Assembly (NCBI GenBank): GCA_963667015.2
Contig: CAXXJJ010000004.1
Span: forward strand, 1,888,001 to 1,952,000
Direction: 5' to 3'
DNA: 64,000 nucleotides
DNA from: Desulfatiglandales bacterium
GTDB lineage: Bacteria; Desulfobacterota; DSM-4660; Desulfatiglandales; HGW-15
Part shown: piece by piece, positions 20,942 through 30,091 of the stretch
How the letters are laid out: each line of letters starts with the position of its first letter
Position numbering within the stretch: position 1 is the stretch's first letter
Made by a program: the position numbers and the translations under genes
The notes under the pieces: generated by a model
The model's database searches: none
The model's input: only the letters and a program-made list of their open reading frames with translations
What the model was told of the DNA's origin: nothing

Positions 20942-22942
20942 CTATGGCGCCATTTCAAGAGGTGTATACACCACTTTACCGGTCTCAGGATCACGAGCAA
21001 AATGCTTCATGAAGTTCCAGGCGATCTCGCCATAATTGGGATACAGCGCATGCGTCAGATTCTCTGTGCACGACACGCTTAGAATTGGGATACCTCCATC
21101 ATTTTTAAAGGACCACAGAAAGCTGCGCCATTCTCCTGCCAGAGTTGTCACATCCATCCGGTCAGCAGAATAACCAATAACAGGATTGGCTGAAAAGTCG
21201 CCGTCATCAGCCAGTTGGATCCGGTTCACCCGGGCAAAGTCGCGCAACTGCCTGAGCGTATTGTCTGCCAGTCGGCCTTCCTGCTGGTTGAAGCCCAGGT
21301 CGAAGGTAGAGGTCAGAATCATGACAGGCATTCCAATCTCCTGCAGCCGGGCATCTTCTTCCGGGGTACTGGAATAGATCAGGTCGTCGTGCATACCGGC
21401 CATGGGAACAGCAGCAGCGATTTTTTCCATGCCGCCATAAACAGCCCGAAGGGTGGCGCCGCCTCCAAGAGAATATCCTGCTGCATATACCCTGGAAGCA
21501 TCCAGCGCTGGAAACTTCTTAAGCATGTGGTCTATCAGCCGTGGCAATGCCTTAACCAGAATCCCCTCGGAGACCGGTGCTCCCATTACGACTCGACTGC
21601 CCTCATGAACGATGACCAGTCCTTCTTCGAAAGGGGCGATCACAGCCACTTTTTCCCGTCCCGCAACCTCTAAAAGGCCAATTTCATCAGCGAACATCAA
21701 AGGATCATCCCCTGTTCCATGCAGCGCCAGAATCAGTGGAACACTTCCCTTAGCTGCCGTCCCATCCAAAACATCCTGCGGAATAAAGTCATACCAGGTT
21801 TGCAGATACTGATCGTATTTAGTCTTCAAGTCGCTGAAAATTTCTTCCTGATGGAAGGAGACGCGAAGCTGGCCCTTTGCCGTAACACCGTTGACAATTG
21901 CATTGCGATTGCACAATGCATACCGGCTGATTTCGGGAGCCTTAACGTAGTCCAGATAGGGCGGTTTTTTCACCGTCTTCTGCGTCATTGAACGAATAAC
22001 AGAAACACGCTGGGCTTGAAGGAAGAGGCTGTGGAAAGCATTCGAAATATAATTTGAGAGATCCGGCTGTTTTTTTTCGGCAACCATCACCCGCCGCAGC
22101 GGAACAGTCTGGTTGTAGAACACCTCAATACCATTTTCAACACGGTATGCGTCTGTTCCGTTGACCTTACGGTACTGCTCAACGGCAGTCTGAGAGCCAT
22201 TGAGAATATAGGCGGGTACATATTTGCTGACCTTCACAGATGTTTCCATTTCACCGCCAATCAGCATCAGGCCGGCACACAGACCAATGCAGTCTTGTCG
22301 GCCTGGCGCGATGTAATTGTTGATGAAAGTCGCACCGCCTTCGATGCCGATAAAATACACCTTGCCGTATGCGCCGCAGTATTCTGCGTCAGAATAGTAT
22401 ATTATTCCTTTTTCGGTCCGTTTAGAAGCCCTCTGAGTAAACAGGACGCTGTGCAGCGTGTAATAGTTTTTTAGATCCGTACTTGTAAAACCGGCGCCGG
22501 GATCAGCGGGCGTTACGAGAATGATGCTTCCGGTCACTGAATTGATTTGCTCAGTCAATCCCAGTTTAGTCAGGAAGCCAAGCGCCTCGTCTTTTCCCTG
22601 GAAGGAGCGTTCGGTAAAAACCACCACGGCAGTATTATTTCGGGCGGCTGTTTGACCCCCGTAGAGATTTGCCGAGCGATATACAAACACGCTTTTCAAA
22701 GGAAATGTTTTTAGAGCGGGATGAGGCTTAAATTGCTTTTCTCCGTTTCCATACAGGGATGCAAGGGCTGCAGGTCCGCTCTGACGCGCTTCTTCAAGAA
22801 GTTCGAATGTCGCCCTGTTGTTTTGACGGTTGAAGTAGTTCATGTAGGAATATGTTTCCTCAGCCCGCGTTGGGCTGAACATACCCATTGCCAGGAAAAT
22901 TATAATGAATAATGCGGTGAATTCAGTAACAGTTTTTCTCAT
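20942..22942 (-). CDS. Secreted two-domain alpha/beta-hydrolase (PHB depolymerase/esterase-like); start taken at MRKTVTEF
   Basis: Signal peptide; LALHGTG, D.SRVY..GYSLGG nucleophile elbow, C-terminal H..Y...AWNF; paralogue of the neighbour. Confidence 0.75.
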   Translation of the reverse strand: MRKTVTEFTALFIIIFLAMGMFSPTRAEETYSYMNYFNRQNNRATFELLEEARQSGPAALASLYGNGEKQFKPHPALKTFPLKSVFVYRSANLYGGQTAARNNTAVVVFTERSFQGKDEALGFLTKLGLTEQINSVTGSIILVTPADPGAGFTSTDLKNYYTLHSVLFTQRASKRTEKGIIYYSDAEYCGAYGKVYFIGIEGGATFINNYIAPGRQDCIGLCAGLMLIGGEMETSVKVSKYVPAYILNGSQTAVEQYRKVNGTDAYRVENGIEVFYNQTVPLRRVMVAEKKQPDLSNYISNAFHSLFLQAQRVSVIRSMTQKTVKKPPYLDYVKAPEISRYALCNRNAIVNGVTAKGQLRVSFHQEEIFSDLKTKYDQYLQTWYDFIPQDVLDGTAAKGSVPLILALHGTGDDPLMFADEIGLLEVAGREKVAVIAPFEEGLVIVHEGSRVVMGAPVSEGILVKALPRLIDHMLKKFPALDASRVYAAGYSLGGGATLRAVYGGMEKIAAAVPMAGMHDDLIYSSTPEEDARLQEIGMPVMILTSTFDLGFNQQEGRLADNTLRQLRDFARVNRIQLADDGDFSANPVIGYSADRMDVTTLAGEWRSFLWSFKNDGGIPILSVSCTENLTHALYPNYGEIAWNFMKHFARDPETGKVVYTPLEMAP

Positions 22943-22970
22943 AATAACGCTCTCTTTCTTCAACAGTGCA

Positions 22971-24878
22971 CTAATTAACAAAGGGGTTATATACAATTAT
23001 GCCGGTTTCAGGGTTTCTGGAGTAGTGTTTCGCAAAGTTCCAGAAGATGCCCGCGTACTCCTGATAGAGGCCGTGCGGCAGAAATTCGGTGACGTTCAAC
23101 CCCACCATGGGAACTCCATCGCTATTGTTGATCATCCAGGTATGGCTGGCATACTCGTTGTTCAGCATTACCCTCTCATACGCATCGCCCTTGATTCCGC
23201 TCATGGGATAGGCAGCAAAGTCAAACTTAACCGGATCCATCCCGTTGTAGCCAAGGTACTGGTTGATCAACGTCTTATAGTCGAAAGTGATGGACTTCAT
23301 GCCGAAATAGTAGCTTAAGCGCATAGTGAGGGTAGCCTCGTCCATATGAAAATCGTAGGTGGAGGTTGTGAAAAGAATCGGGATATCCGTGTGAGCATAC
23401 TGTTTTACCTGATCCTCCGTTGCAAGATAGGTTACAGCCCCCTGGGGAACAGCGGCAGCAAAGATTCCGGCGTTTCCGCTGAGCGCCGCCATAGTGGCCC
23501 GGCCGCCCATGGAGTAACCGGTGATGTACACGCGCGACGGGTCCAGTGCAGGATACGTGTCCAGCATATACCTGACCAGTCTTGGCAGGACATCACTCAG
23601 GATATTTGTCACATTTGAATGAAAGGGGGCTACAACGGCAATCCGCTTTTCGCCCGCAAGATTAAGCATGCCGATTTCATCAAGATACTGCAGGGGATCG
23701 TCACCGCCGCCATGATTTGCCAGGACAAGCGGTACGGAATGTTTTGGCACCGTGTTGTTCTTTACTTCCTCAGGGAGCAGTTCATACCAGGTATCCAGGT
23801 ATTCGCCGTTTCCCGAAGCCATATCCTTGAAGCGGTCCTCCTGATGCTCCACCACATAGACCCTGTCCGCTGTCACCCCATCCGTGATGGCATTGCGCCT
23901 GCCCAGTGAGTAGGGTGCTGAATTAAAGTTATAGTCTGCATAGGGAGTAGACGCTGTATGGAGATTGGATTTGACGACAGGAACGCGAAATGCTTTGGTA
24001 AACAGCCGATCGTAGGCGTCCCTGACCATGGACGGGATGTCCGGATTGTTCCCGGAAGCTGTGATCACCCTCTGAAGCGGCTGTGCCTGATTAAAATAGT
24101 ACTTCAGGTCCCCCTGCGTACCCCAGGCATCCGTTGCGTTGGCAGCCCGGTATTTCCCAATGACGTCATCGGGCGCGTTTACAAGATAGGAAGGCACAAA
24201 AGAGGCCACTTCACTGATGCGCTCCATATCTCCGCCAACAAGAAGGACGCCGGCAACGCGGGTGATATAGTCGAAGGTGCTGGATATATAATTATTGATG
24301 AACGTGGCCCCGCCGTTCAGGCCTATCAAATAGCGGTTCGTAACGCCGCCGTAATAGGCATTATCGGCATAAGAGGTCATTGTGTTTTTAGTTCTCTTGA
24401 CGTAACCAACATTAAACATGGCGGACTGAAGCTGGTAATAAGCGGTCTGGTCTGCCATGCCGAATCCCTTTTCCTTATCGATTGGCGTAATCAGTATCAC
24501 GCTGCCAAAAGCCTTTCCGATGATGTCGGTCAGGCCAAGACCCTTCAGGAAGGCAAGCGCTTCATCCTTGCTTTCGAAGGACTTGTCCGTATAGACCAGG
24601 ATGTTCGTATTCATACGCGCGGCTGCACTCAGGTTGGTAAACATCCTGGCGGAGCGGTACACAAACGTGGTGCCGACCGGGTAGGCATCAAGGGCGGGAT
24701 CAGGTGCATAGGTACGGCCGGTCAATTTTGCCAGCAAGGCCGGGCCATTGAGGCGAGCCTCCTCAAGGGTTTCAAAACTCGCTTCATTGCTGAAATGCTG
24801 TTGATAGTTCAATGCAGATGCACTACTGCTAAAAAGCAGAAAGAGGCTGAAAAACAGGCAGGCAATTATAGTTTTCAT
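22971..24878 (-). CDS. Secreted two-domain alpha/beta-hydrolase (PHB depolymerase/esterase-like)
   Basis: Signal peptide ending SASA; LANHGGG, DPSRVYITGYSMGG, LPHGLY...FWNF. Confidence 0.78.
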   Translation of the reverse strand: MKTIIACLFFSLFLLFSSSASALNYQQHFSNEASFETLEEARLNGPALLAKLTGRTYAPDPALDAYPVGTTFVYRSARMFTNLSAAARMNTNILVYTDKSFESKDEALAFLKGLGLTDIIGKAFGSVILITPIDKEKGFGMADQTAYYQLQSAMFNVGYVKRTKNTMTSYADNAYYGGVTNRYLIGLNGGATFINNYISSTFDYITRVAGVLLVGGDMERISEVASFVPSYLVNAPDDVIGKYRAANATDAWGTQGDLKYYFNQAQPLQRVITASGNNPDIPSMVRDAYDRLFTKAFRVPVVKSNLHTASTPYADYNFNSAPYSLGRRNAITDGVTADRVYVVEHQEDRFKDMASGNGEYLDTWYELLPEEVKNNTVPKHSVPLVLANHGGGDDPLQYLDEIGMLNLAGEKRIAVVAPFHSNVTNILSDVLPRLVRYMLDTYPALDPSRVYITGYSMGGRATMAALSGNAGIFAAAVPQGAVTYLATEDQVKQYAHTDIPILFTTSTYDFHMDEATLTMRLSYYFGMKSITFDYKTLINQYLGYNGMDPVKFDFAAYPMSGIKGDAYERVMLNNEYASHTWMINNSDGVPMVGLNVTEFLPHGLYQEYAGIFWNFAKHYSRNPETGIIVYNPFVN

Positions 24879-24969
24879 TTTACATTTCCATTCTATATGT
24901 CTTGAAGGCAGTATTTATTAATCCGGAAAAGAGATATTGGGTAATACTTAAGACTTTTTTTTTTGTCAA

Positions 24970-26748
24970 CTACATCTCTCCAAATCCCCAAAACGGGTAT
25001 TCCAGTACATAGGTGGCAACCTTACCCGGATTGTTTTCCCGGCTGGCCACCAGATACAAAGAACTCTCTCGCTCTGTTTTTGAGATGGGATCCACGGGGT
25101 CCCAGTCGGGCATCAGGATCATGGCATTATCGGCGCTGTACTCAATATCGCCGGACTCCTTAAAAGACCCGAGATCCGGTTTTTTACTATAACGCCCCTC
25201 TTCGCTCCTCGATAATTCAGAAATCACCAAAAATGCTACATTTTGTTCATCCCGAATGGTTTCTAAATGACGAAGCCATTCGTCAATACCAGTACGTCGT
25301 TCTGAGAGATCCTTAAAGGGCAGTTTATGAAGACTGTCCAGGACCACCAATGTTTCGGATCTATGTGTTTCGTTCTGTAAAAAATCAATGTGCCGCCGCA
25401 TGATATCCGGGCTAAGCTTTCGGTCTGTAACCACCCTGAAGAATGAGAGTATATTCTTGAATTCCGCATGAGCGGCATCAAGCCTGCCTGATTCTTCCGA
25501 ATCCATATCCTGCTGCCTGATTTTTTCTTGTGACAGTCTGCTCAACCGACAAAGGGTTCGAGTGTATATCTTCTGACGGCCGTTTTCAAAATCATAGTAA
25601 ATAACAGGTGTCTTCCGCCTGGCCATCTCGGTGGACAGTTGCATAAAGAAGCATGATTTTCCGGCCTTTGGCGGTCCGCCCATAATATTAATGCCTTGAA
25701 TACCATTCAGAGCCTTGTCCATCTTCTCAAAACCGCAACTCAATCCCAGTAAGGCTCGTCCTTTGCCCCTCTCTAAATATTCTTCAAAAAGTTTCTGCTC
25801 TTTTTCCACGGATGAGAACGGAGAAAAAGATTTAGATCGTTTGATCAATGATGATACAGCAACCCTGAAATCTTTCCCCTTATCTCTGGAGAGCTGGCAG
25901 AGGCTATAGCCCCGCTTCAGATGAGACGGCCACTGAATGATCCGTGCCTTAAAGCCCAATTGTCCTGCCAGAGAACGGGCTGTAACATTGGCCTCAGGAG
26001 AAAGATTGGTCACCAGAAAAATATGATTTAAAAAGGTTAAACGATTCAGATCAATGTTTTCCAGATCCGCAAAGGAAGGAACGGCAATGCCCGGATAGCC
26101 AAGCTCCTTTATGGTCAGAAGATTATTTTCTCCCTCAGTGATAAACAAGGATCCATCTTCACATCGTTCAATCTCGGGGGCATTAAAGATTCGGAATTCA
26201 TGGGAAAAGAATGTCTCATTACCGTGCCAAAAATGATCCTCCTCCTTATTGGGCAGGATACACCGTGCAGAGTAGCACTTTCCATCCTCCTGAAAATAGG
26301 GGTAAACCAGATATCTCCCATTGTAGCCGATGCTCATCTCTTTGATGGCAGGCCTTGAGACCCCGATTTTTTTAAAAAAGGCATACTCCTGCTCCCCCAT
26401 GAGTCCCATAAACTTCCTGATATCTGCAGTGAGGTTGTTTGGTGGAAAAACAATATCCCGAACATAGGGTTCGCGATCCGGATTAAAGCCTAGTACCTTC
26501 TCCGGTTCAATGCCCATAGTTCGGGCAAAATAAGGCGCAAACCCACCGGGCGTGCAACGATTGGAACAACGAAAATACCCCTTAAAAAAACTCTCAGGGT
26601 CCATATAAACAACTATGGTCCCGGGCTTGTGATCGACTTCCGAACTGCAAAGTGGGCAAGGGGCCTTGATCAGTGTCCCTTCATCAATAGCCCCCGGGAT
26701 ATGTTCCAGATAAAATTGTTTAATCTCGTCATTTGATGGCATAGGCAT
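24970..26748 (-). CDS. Primase-helicase fusion (Zn finger + TOPRIM-like + DnaB/SF4 helicase)
   Basis: CPLC...CSNRC; FITEGENNLL...GYPGIAVP; Walker A GGPPKAGKS, YDFEN, LDSLH, ISELSR, FKESGDIEYSAD. Confidence 0.85.
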   Translation of the reverse strand: MPMPSNDEIKQFYLEHIPGAIDEGTLIKAPCPLCSSEVDHKPGTIVVYMDPESFFKGYFRCSNRCTPGGFAPYFARTMGIEPEKVLGFNPDREPYVRDIVFPPNNLTADIRKFMGLMGEQEYAFFKKIGVSRPAIKEMSIGYNGRYLVYPYFQEDGKCYSARCILPNKEEDHFWHGNETFFSHEFRIFNAPEIERCEDGSLFITEGENNLLTIKELGYPGIAVPSFADLENIDLNRLTFLNHIFLVTNLSPEANVTARSLAGQLGFKARIIQWPSHLKRGYSLCQLSRDKGKDFRVAVSSLIKRSKSFSPFSSVEKEQKLFEEYLERGKGRALLGLSCGFEKMDKALNGIQGINIMGGPPKAGKSCFFMQLSTEMARRKTPVIYYDFENGRQKIYTRTLCRLSRLSQEKIRQQDMDSEESGRLDAAHAEFKNILSFFRVVTDRKLSPDIMRRHIDFLQNETHRSETLVVLDSLHKLPFKDLSERRTGIDEWLRHLETIRDEQNVAFLVISELSRSEEGRYSKKPDLGSFKESGDIEYSADNAMILMPDWDPVDPISKTERESSLYLVASRENNPGKVATYVLEYPFWGFGEM

Positions 26749-26788
26749 TGTTTGAAAATTTGATAAGAATTCCCCTTTTGAGGAATGA

Positions 26789-26818
26789 AGTATATTGAAG
26801 TTGGGCGTTGTATGTCAA
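26789..26818 (-). promoter_or_regulatory. Sigma70-type promoter of the primase-helicase gene
   Basis: TTGACA-N18-TATACT about 40 bp upstream of the ATG. Confidence 0.55.
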
Positions 26819-26834
26819 TGGGAAATAACCCCTC

Positions 26835-26962
26835 CATATTGTACGCACCTTCGTATGCTGGTTTATGAACTTGAATATCTGCTCATTATTATCCCGGCAA
26901 ACATTATTCCCACATCACCAAATTTTGGCGTGTAATGGTAAAACTGTTTGCCCCGGCCTCAT
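26835..26962. repeat. Direct repeat A, copy 1 (128 bp)
   Basis: catattgtacgcaccttcgtat...ctcattattatcccgg...gtaaaactgtttg...ctcat; aligns colinearly with 28104-28231. Confidence 0.9.
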
Positions 26963-26987
26963 ATTTTATTTTTAAAAAGAGCAGTAA

Positions 26988-27560
26988 TTACCAGCATGGA
27001 TTTTCAGCAGGACCGATCCATTCTTCATACTGTTCGTTGTATATCAAACGTTTGCTGAACAGCCATTGTCCGTTTACCTTGACCATTTCATCCTCATAGT
27101 GCCCGTAGGAATCGAGTACTGCCTTTCTTTCGGGATTGTTGTTTCCATAGTGGAACCAGTAGGCCCTTCCTGTTGCCCTGTCACCATCTATCTTTATTAC
27201 TATATTTGTAATGTTGTGGCGGCCAGTAGCGGGATACAGTTTCTTTTCCTCTTTTACAACGGGTTTTGATTCGCCTTCGGGAGTCTCCCGGACCATACTT
27301 GCAAGCATTTCTCGAATTTCTTTATGGCCCTGCCATTTCATTCCTACGATATCCACAATACCGTCCTCAGTGAAGCACGATAGATATTTGTCAACATCAT
27401 GAAAATCAAAGGCAAACATGTAACGAGCCTGAAGGTCCTCGATCAGGGCACGTTCTTCAGCATAACTGCTGTCCCCGGGATCGGGAGAAGTGCATGCTGC
27501 AATAGAAATCAGTGATAATCCGGCAACAAAACTCAATAATGCTCTCATTAATATTTTCAT
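26988..27560 (-). CDS. NTF2/SnoaL-like lipoprotein
   Basis: Lipobox IAAC; IEDLQARY..AFD...FTEDG...RHNITN...GHYEDEMVKVNGQWLF. Confidence 0.8.
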   Translation of the reverse strand: MKILMRALLSFVAGLSLISIAACTSPDPGDSSYAEERALIEDLQARYMFAFDFHDVDKYLSCFTEDGIVDIVGMKWQGHKEIREMLASMVRETPEGESKPVVKEEKKLYPATGRHNITNIVIKIDGDRATGRAYWFHYGNNNPERKAVLDSYGHYEDEMVKVNGQWLFSKRLIYNEQYEEWIGPAENPCW

Positions 27561-27741
27561 TTAGTCCCCTCCTCTTAGATGTGTTTAGCTGTAAGAAATC
27601 CTTATTCATCCGGTACTTCAACTGACCTATGACATTTTAAGATATTCAAGCCTTTTTTTCCAGGCGTCATCTTTCAGGCTTTTAATAAAGCATAAGTGAA
27701 AAGACCTGTTACTTCTTCATACTTTACTGAGAGGAAGTAAA

Positions 27742-27815
27742 GGGTTAAGTCCTTGACTGTAAAATTTTAGTACTATCTCCAGGCGATAAAAATGTCAATG
27801 TCAAGGGCAGACCCC
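27742..27815. mobile_element. Short inverted-repeat (REP/MITE-like) element GGG..CCTTGAC...GTCAAGG..GACCCC
   Basis: Left gggttaagtccttgac and right gtcaagggcagacccc are imperfect inverted repeats; the right end recurs at 27839, 28417 and 31651. Confidence 0.6.
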
Positions 27816-27833
27816 GGATTTTCACTGAATCTG

Positions 27834-28106
27834 TCAAATGTCAAGACGCGACACCTTTGCTTTTCGAACTAACAAGTATTTCTTGACAGTTGCCTCCGGA
27901 ACCAATTCACCCTCTTCAAAGATCTTTTGAATATGAAGGCTTATGTTTTGCTTTGTTGTTTGGAACAATTCTGCCATCATTTGCTGAGTCAACCAGACAG
28001 TTTCATCTTCCAGGCGCACATCCAGCTTGAGTTTACCATCTTCAGCCTGGTAAACCAGAAATTGTCCTTTTGAATGCAACAAGGCTTGATTTTCCTTTTC
28101 TTTCAT
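27834..28106 (-). pseudogene. Truncated RhuM-family protein (N-terminal part only)
   Basis: FLVYQAEDGKLKLDVRLEDETVWLTQQMMAELFQTTKQNISLHI..IFEEGEL..EATV matches the RhuM N-terminus; the frame ends inside the TGTCAAGACGCGACACC motif. Confidence 0.8.
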
Positions 28107-28231
28107 ATTGTACGCACCTTCGTATACCGGTTTATGAGCTGGAATATCCGCTCATTATTATCCCGGTAAATATTATTCCCACATCACCTATTTTTGATGT
28201 GCAATGGTAAAACTGTTTGACCCGGACTCAT
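28104..28231. repeat. Direct repeat A, copy 2
   Basis: Near-identical to 26835-26962; supplies the RBS/ATG of the rhuM fragment. Confidence 0.9.
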
Positions 28232-28253
28232 TTTTAAAGGCATCGAATTCGAT

Positions 28254-28440
28254 GCCTTAAGATCACGCCTGATATCAGTAAACTCGTTTTGTATACTGCT
28301 TATGAATATTTTCAGCCGGGTGGCAGGCATCTGATTATTTTTCCTCGTTTTTTATTTCTGTTTCAATTATATTGTTTAACTCATCCTTGTTACTGAACAG
28401 CCCTGAATCTGTCACATGTCAAGGGCAGACCCGGGATTTT
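28254..28440. repeat. Direct repeat B, copy 1 (187 bp; contains duplicated first 26 codons of the DUF4062 gene)
   Basis: Aligns with 31488-31674; minus-strand ATG 28330 gives MPATRLKIFISSIQNEFTDIRRDLKA and then diverges. Confidence 0.92.
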
Positions 28441-28480
28441 CAACGTCCCCATCCCACAATAATGAGAGTACCGCAGCATA

Positions 28481-28509
28481 TTGACATTTAACTTAAAAAA
28501 GATTAATAT
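28481..28509 (+). promoter_or_regulatory. Near-consensus sigma70 promoter of a small RNA
   Basis: TTGACA-N17-TAATAT with no ORF before the downstream terminator. Confidence 0.75.
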
Positions 28510-28515
28510 TTCGTT

Positions 28516-28585
28516 ACTCATTTGCCATTCCGCAAGGGTGTAAGAGCTAAAGGAGATGGGTTCGCCGTCTGAGCGAACCTTTTTT
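28516..28585 (+). ncRNA. Candidate ~70-nt structured small RNA convergent on the DUF3800/RlfB-like operon
   Basis: GCAA-tetraloop hairpin (ctc..ttgc cattcc GCAA gggtgtaa gag), then terminator ggttcgc-cgtctga-gcgaacc-T6. Confidence 0.6.
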
Positions 28586-29108
28586 ATTTTATACGTCTTT
28601 CATATTTTCTCTCAAAATCCTGTCGCTTATATGAGTTATCTATATAAAATGCAGTTATAAGGCGCCGGCTATTATCAGGATATTTTTTCATTATTACTGC
28701 AAAATCAAAGTGTATAAGCCAAAGGTAAGTATGAATATTCAAATCCCCTTCTTCGTAATCCCAGGTCAACATCTCTTCATCTCCTGCCTGCTCTATTAAT
28801 GCTCTTACCCAGGGTAACCGTTCACATCTGCGTAAATCAGGGTATCTTTCCTCGTTAAGATATATTTGATCCGGAGGGTAAAATTTCTTTTTTCGGCGAG
28901 GAATCTTTATCTTTTTTTCTGAACGGGTAGTAAGATGCCAGAATATCTTTTCCCTCCCATCTTCCATTTCCCGGAATATCCAGACGCTATTGTCAAAATA
29001 TCGTAAATTATGATCACGAATATCCCGGCAGAAAATCTCATAGAGCATGTCATAGGTTATATTTGTCCAGGGATCAACACAGACTAATTCCGGCAACCAA
29101 TCAGGCAT
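28584..29108 (-). CDS. Phage P1 RlfB-like / PBECR-type (BECR fold) putative RNase; start at MPDWLPE
   Basis: LYEIF.RD...FWHL...PDLRRCERLPWVR.LIE...F.VIM......LITAFY; overlaps the DUF3800 stop (translational coupling). Family call from memory. Confidence 0.65.
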   Translation of the reverse strand: MPDWLPELVCVDPWTNITYDMLYEIFCRDIRDHNLRYFDNSVWIFREMEDGREKIFWHLTTRSEKKIKIPRRKKKFYPPDQIYLNEERYPDLRRCERLPWVRALIEQAGDEEMLTWDYEEGDLNIHTYLWLIHFDFAVIMKKYPDNSRRLITAFYIDNSYKRQDFERKYERRIK

Positions 29109-29820
29109 TTTCAAACCCCGCACTGTCAGGACGCCAGATGCAAATATTAAATTTTTGTTCACCTGGTAGTGTGTTTCGCAACAAACTGAAGCCTGTTCTC
29201 CTTTTTATCAAATCTATAATTTCATTTTTAGCTGCATTACCGGAGAGTCCACGGGCATGATATGAAATAGCCCCTGTAAAAAGGTCAGCCAATTGTAGTA
29301 AACCTATATCATGCGACCGGACGTGCTGGATTCGTTCAATTATGTCTCTGGAGAAATCATAATTTGCATTACATAATACATCCCGAAGTTTAGAGAGTTT
29401 TTTTCTGCTGCGTGAGTCTTTGATATCAACATAGATATGGAACTTTTTTTCAGGGATGATTAAATTCCGCAACAGGTAAAAATACATCTTGTAATACCAT
29501 TCGTCATGTGTCTGGTTATAATTATCATGAGCAAGTATTGATTTATCAGGTATTACCCAGGCTCTGAATCCCATCGAACTCTGATCAAAAAAATAATTTA
29601 CAAGTTCATAATAGAAATCACATTTGCCTGATGATATCTTTGACCATTTTATTTCAAAAAAAGGGGAGAGATTATGCTTGGATTTAAAAGCTGCAATCTC
29701 TCGATTATATATACTGGCCTTGTCTTTATCAGACCAAAGGGCACCTAAAACCATAGCTTTTTGGCCATCATTAGGTAAATGGCAACTCTCATCACAGTAT
29801 ATATTGATTATATTTTCCAT
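29101..29820 (-). CDS. DUF3800-family protein (RNase H-like; P1 RlfA-like)
   Basis: IYCDESCHL N-terminal motif, EIKWSK, YVDIKD, LLQLADLF.GA C-terminal motif. Confidence 0.85.
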   Translation of the reverse strand: MENIINIYCDESCHLPNDGQKAMVLGALWSDKDKASIYNREIAAFKSKHNLSPFFEIKWSKISSGKCDFYYELVNYFFDQSSMGFRAWVIPDKSILAHDNYNQTHDEWYYKMYFYLLRNLIIPEKKFHIYVDIKDSRSRKKLSKLRDVLCNANYDFSRDIIERIQHVRSHDIGLLQLADLFTGAISYHARGLSGNAAKNEIIDLIKRRTGFSLLRNTLPGEQKFNICIWRPDSAGFENA

Positions 29821-29841
29821 TCTTGCCCCCTCTACACACCA

Positions 29842-29871
29842 GCCATTTCCCGGCTCCGACCGGGGAATCTA
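29842..29871. repeat. REP-like palindrome (GTCATTCCCGGCTTGACCGGGAATC family)
   Basis: gccatttcccggctccgaccggggaatcta; relatives at ~20848-20877 and the IS-split copy at 58111/60524. Confidence 0.65.
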
Positions 29872-30091
29872 TGTTTTTATTTTTCCATTTCAAGATGAAT
29901 AAGAGCTAATAGGAGATCTAACCCCTTTATTCAAACATCGTCTCTCTCTAAAGCCAATTGTCCCCCGATGTGGTGGACAATTAGCGGAATATTTTGTGCC
30001 TCGCCCTGGGGCCTTTGGCCCCTATATGGCCCCTTTAACAACAACTGGTGAATGGTGTCATGAGCCCTTTGAGCCCTTTATGAGCCATTTA

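Noticed and set aside
7935..24905. Long antisense ORFs (e.g. 7935-8669, 17896-18729, 23958-24905)
   Set aside because: Shadow frames of well-supported genes on the opposite strand, with no motifs.
29464..29628. Antisense pairing of the 28.5-kb sRNA with DUF3800 mRNA (ATTCCGCAA, CATTTGCC matches)
   Set aside because: 8-9 nt matches are within chance expectation.
29953..30000. attC-like site upstream of DUF3800 (aattgtcc..ggacaatt)
   Set aside because: Hairpin present but no recognisable R' GTT box; may be an operator or terminator.
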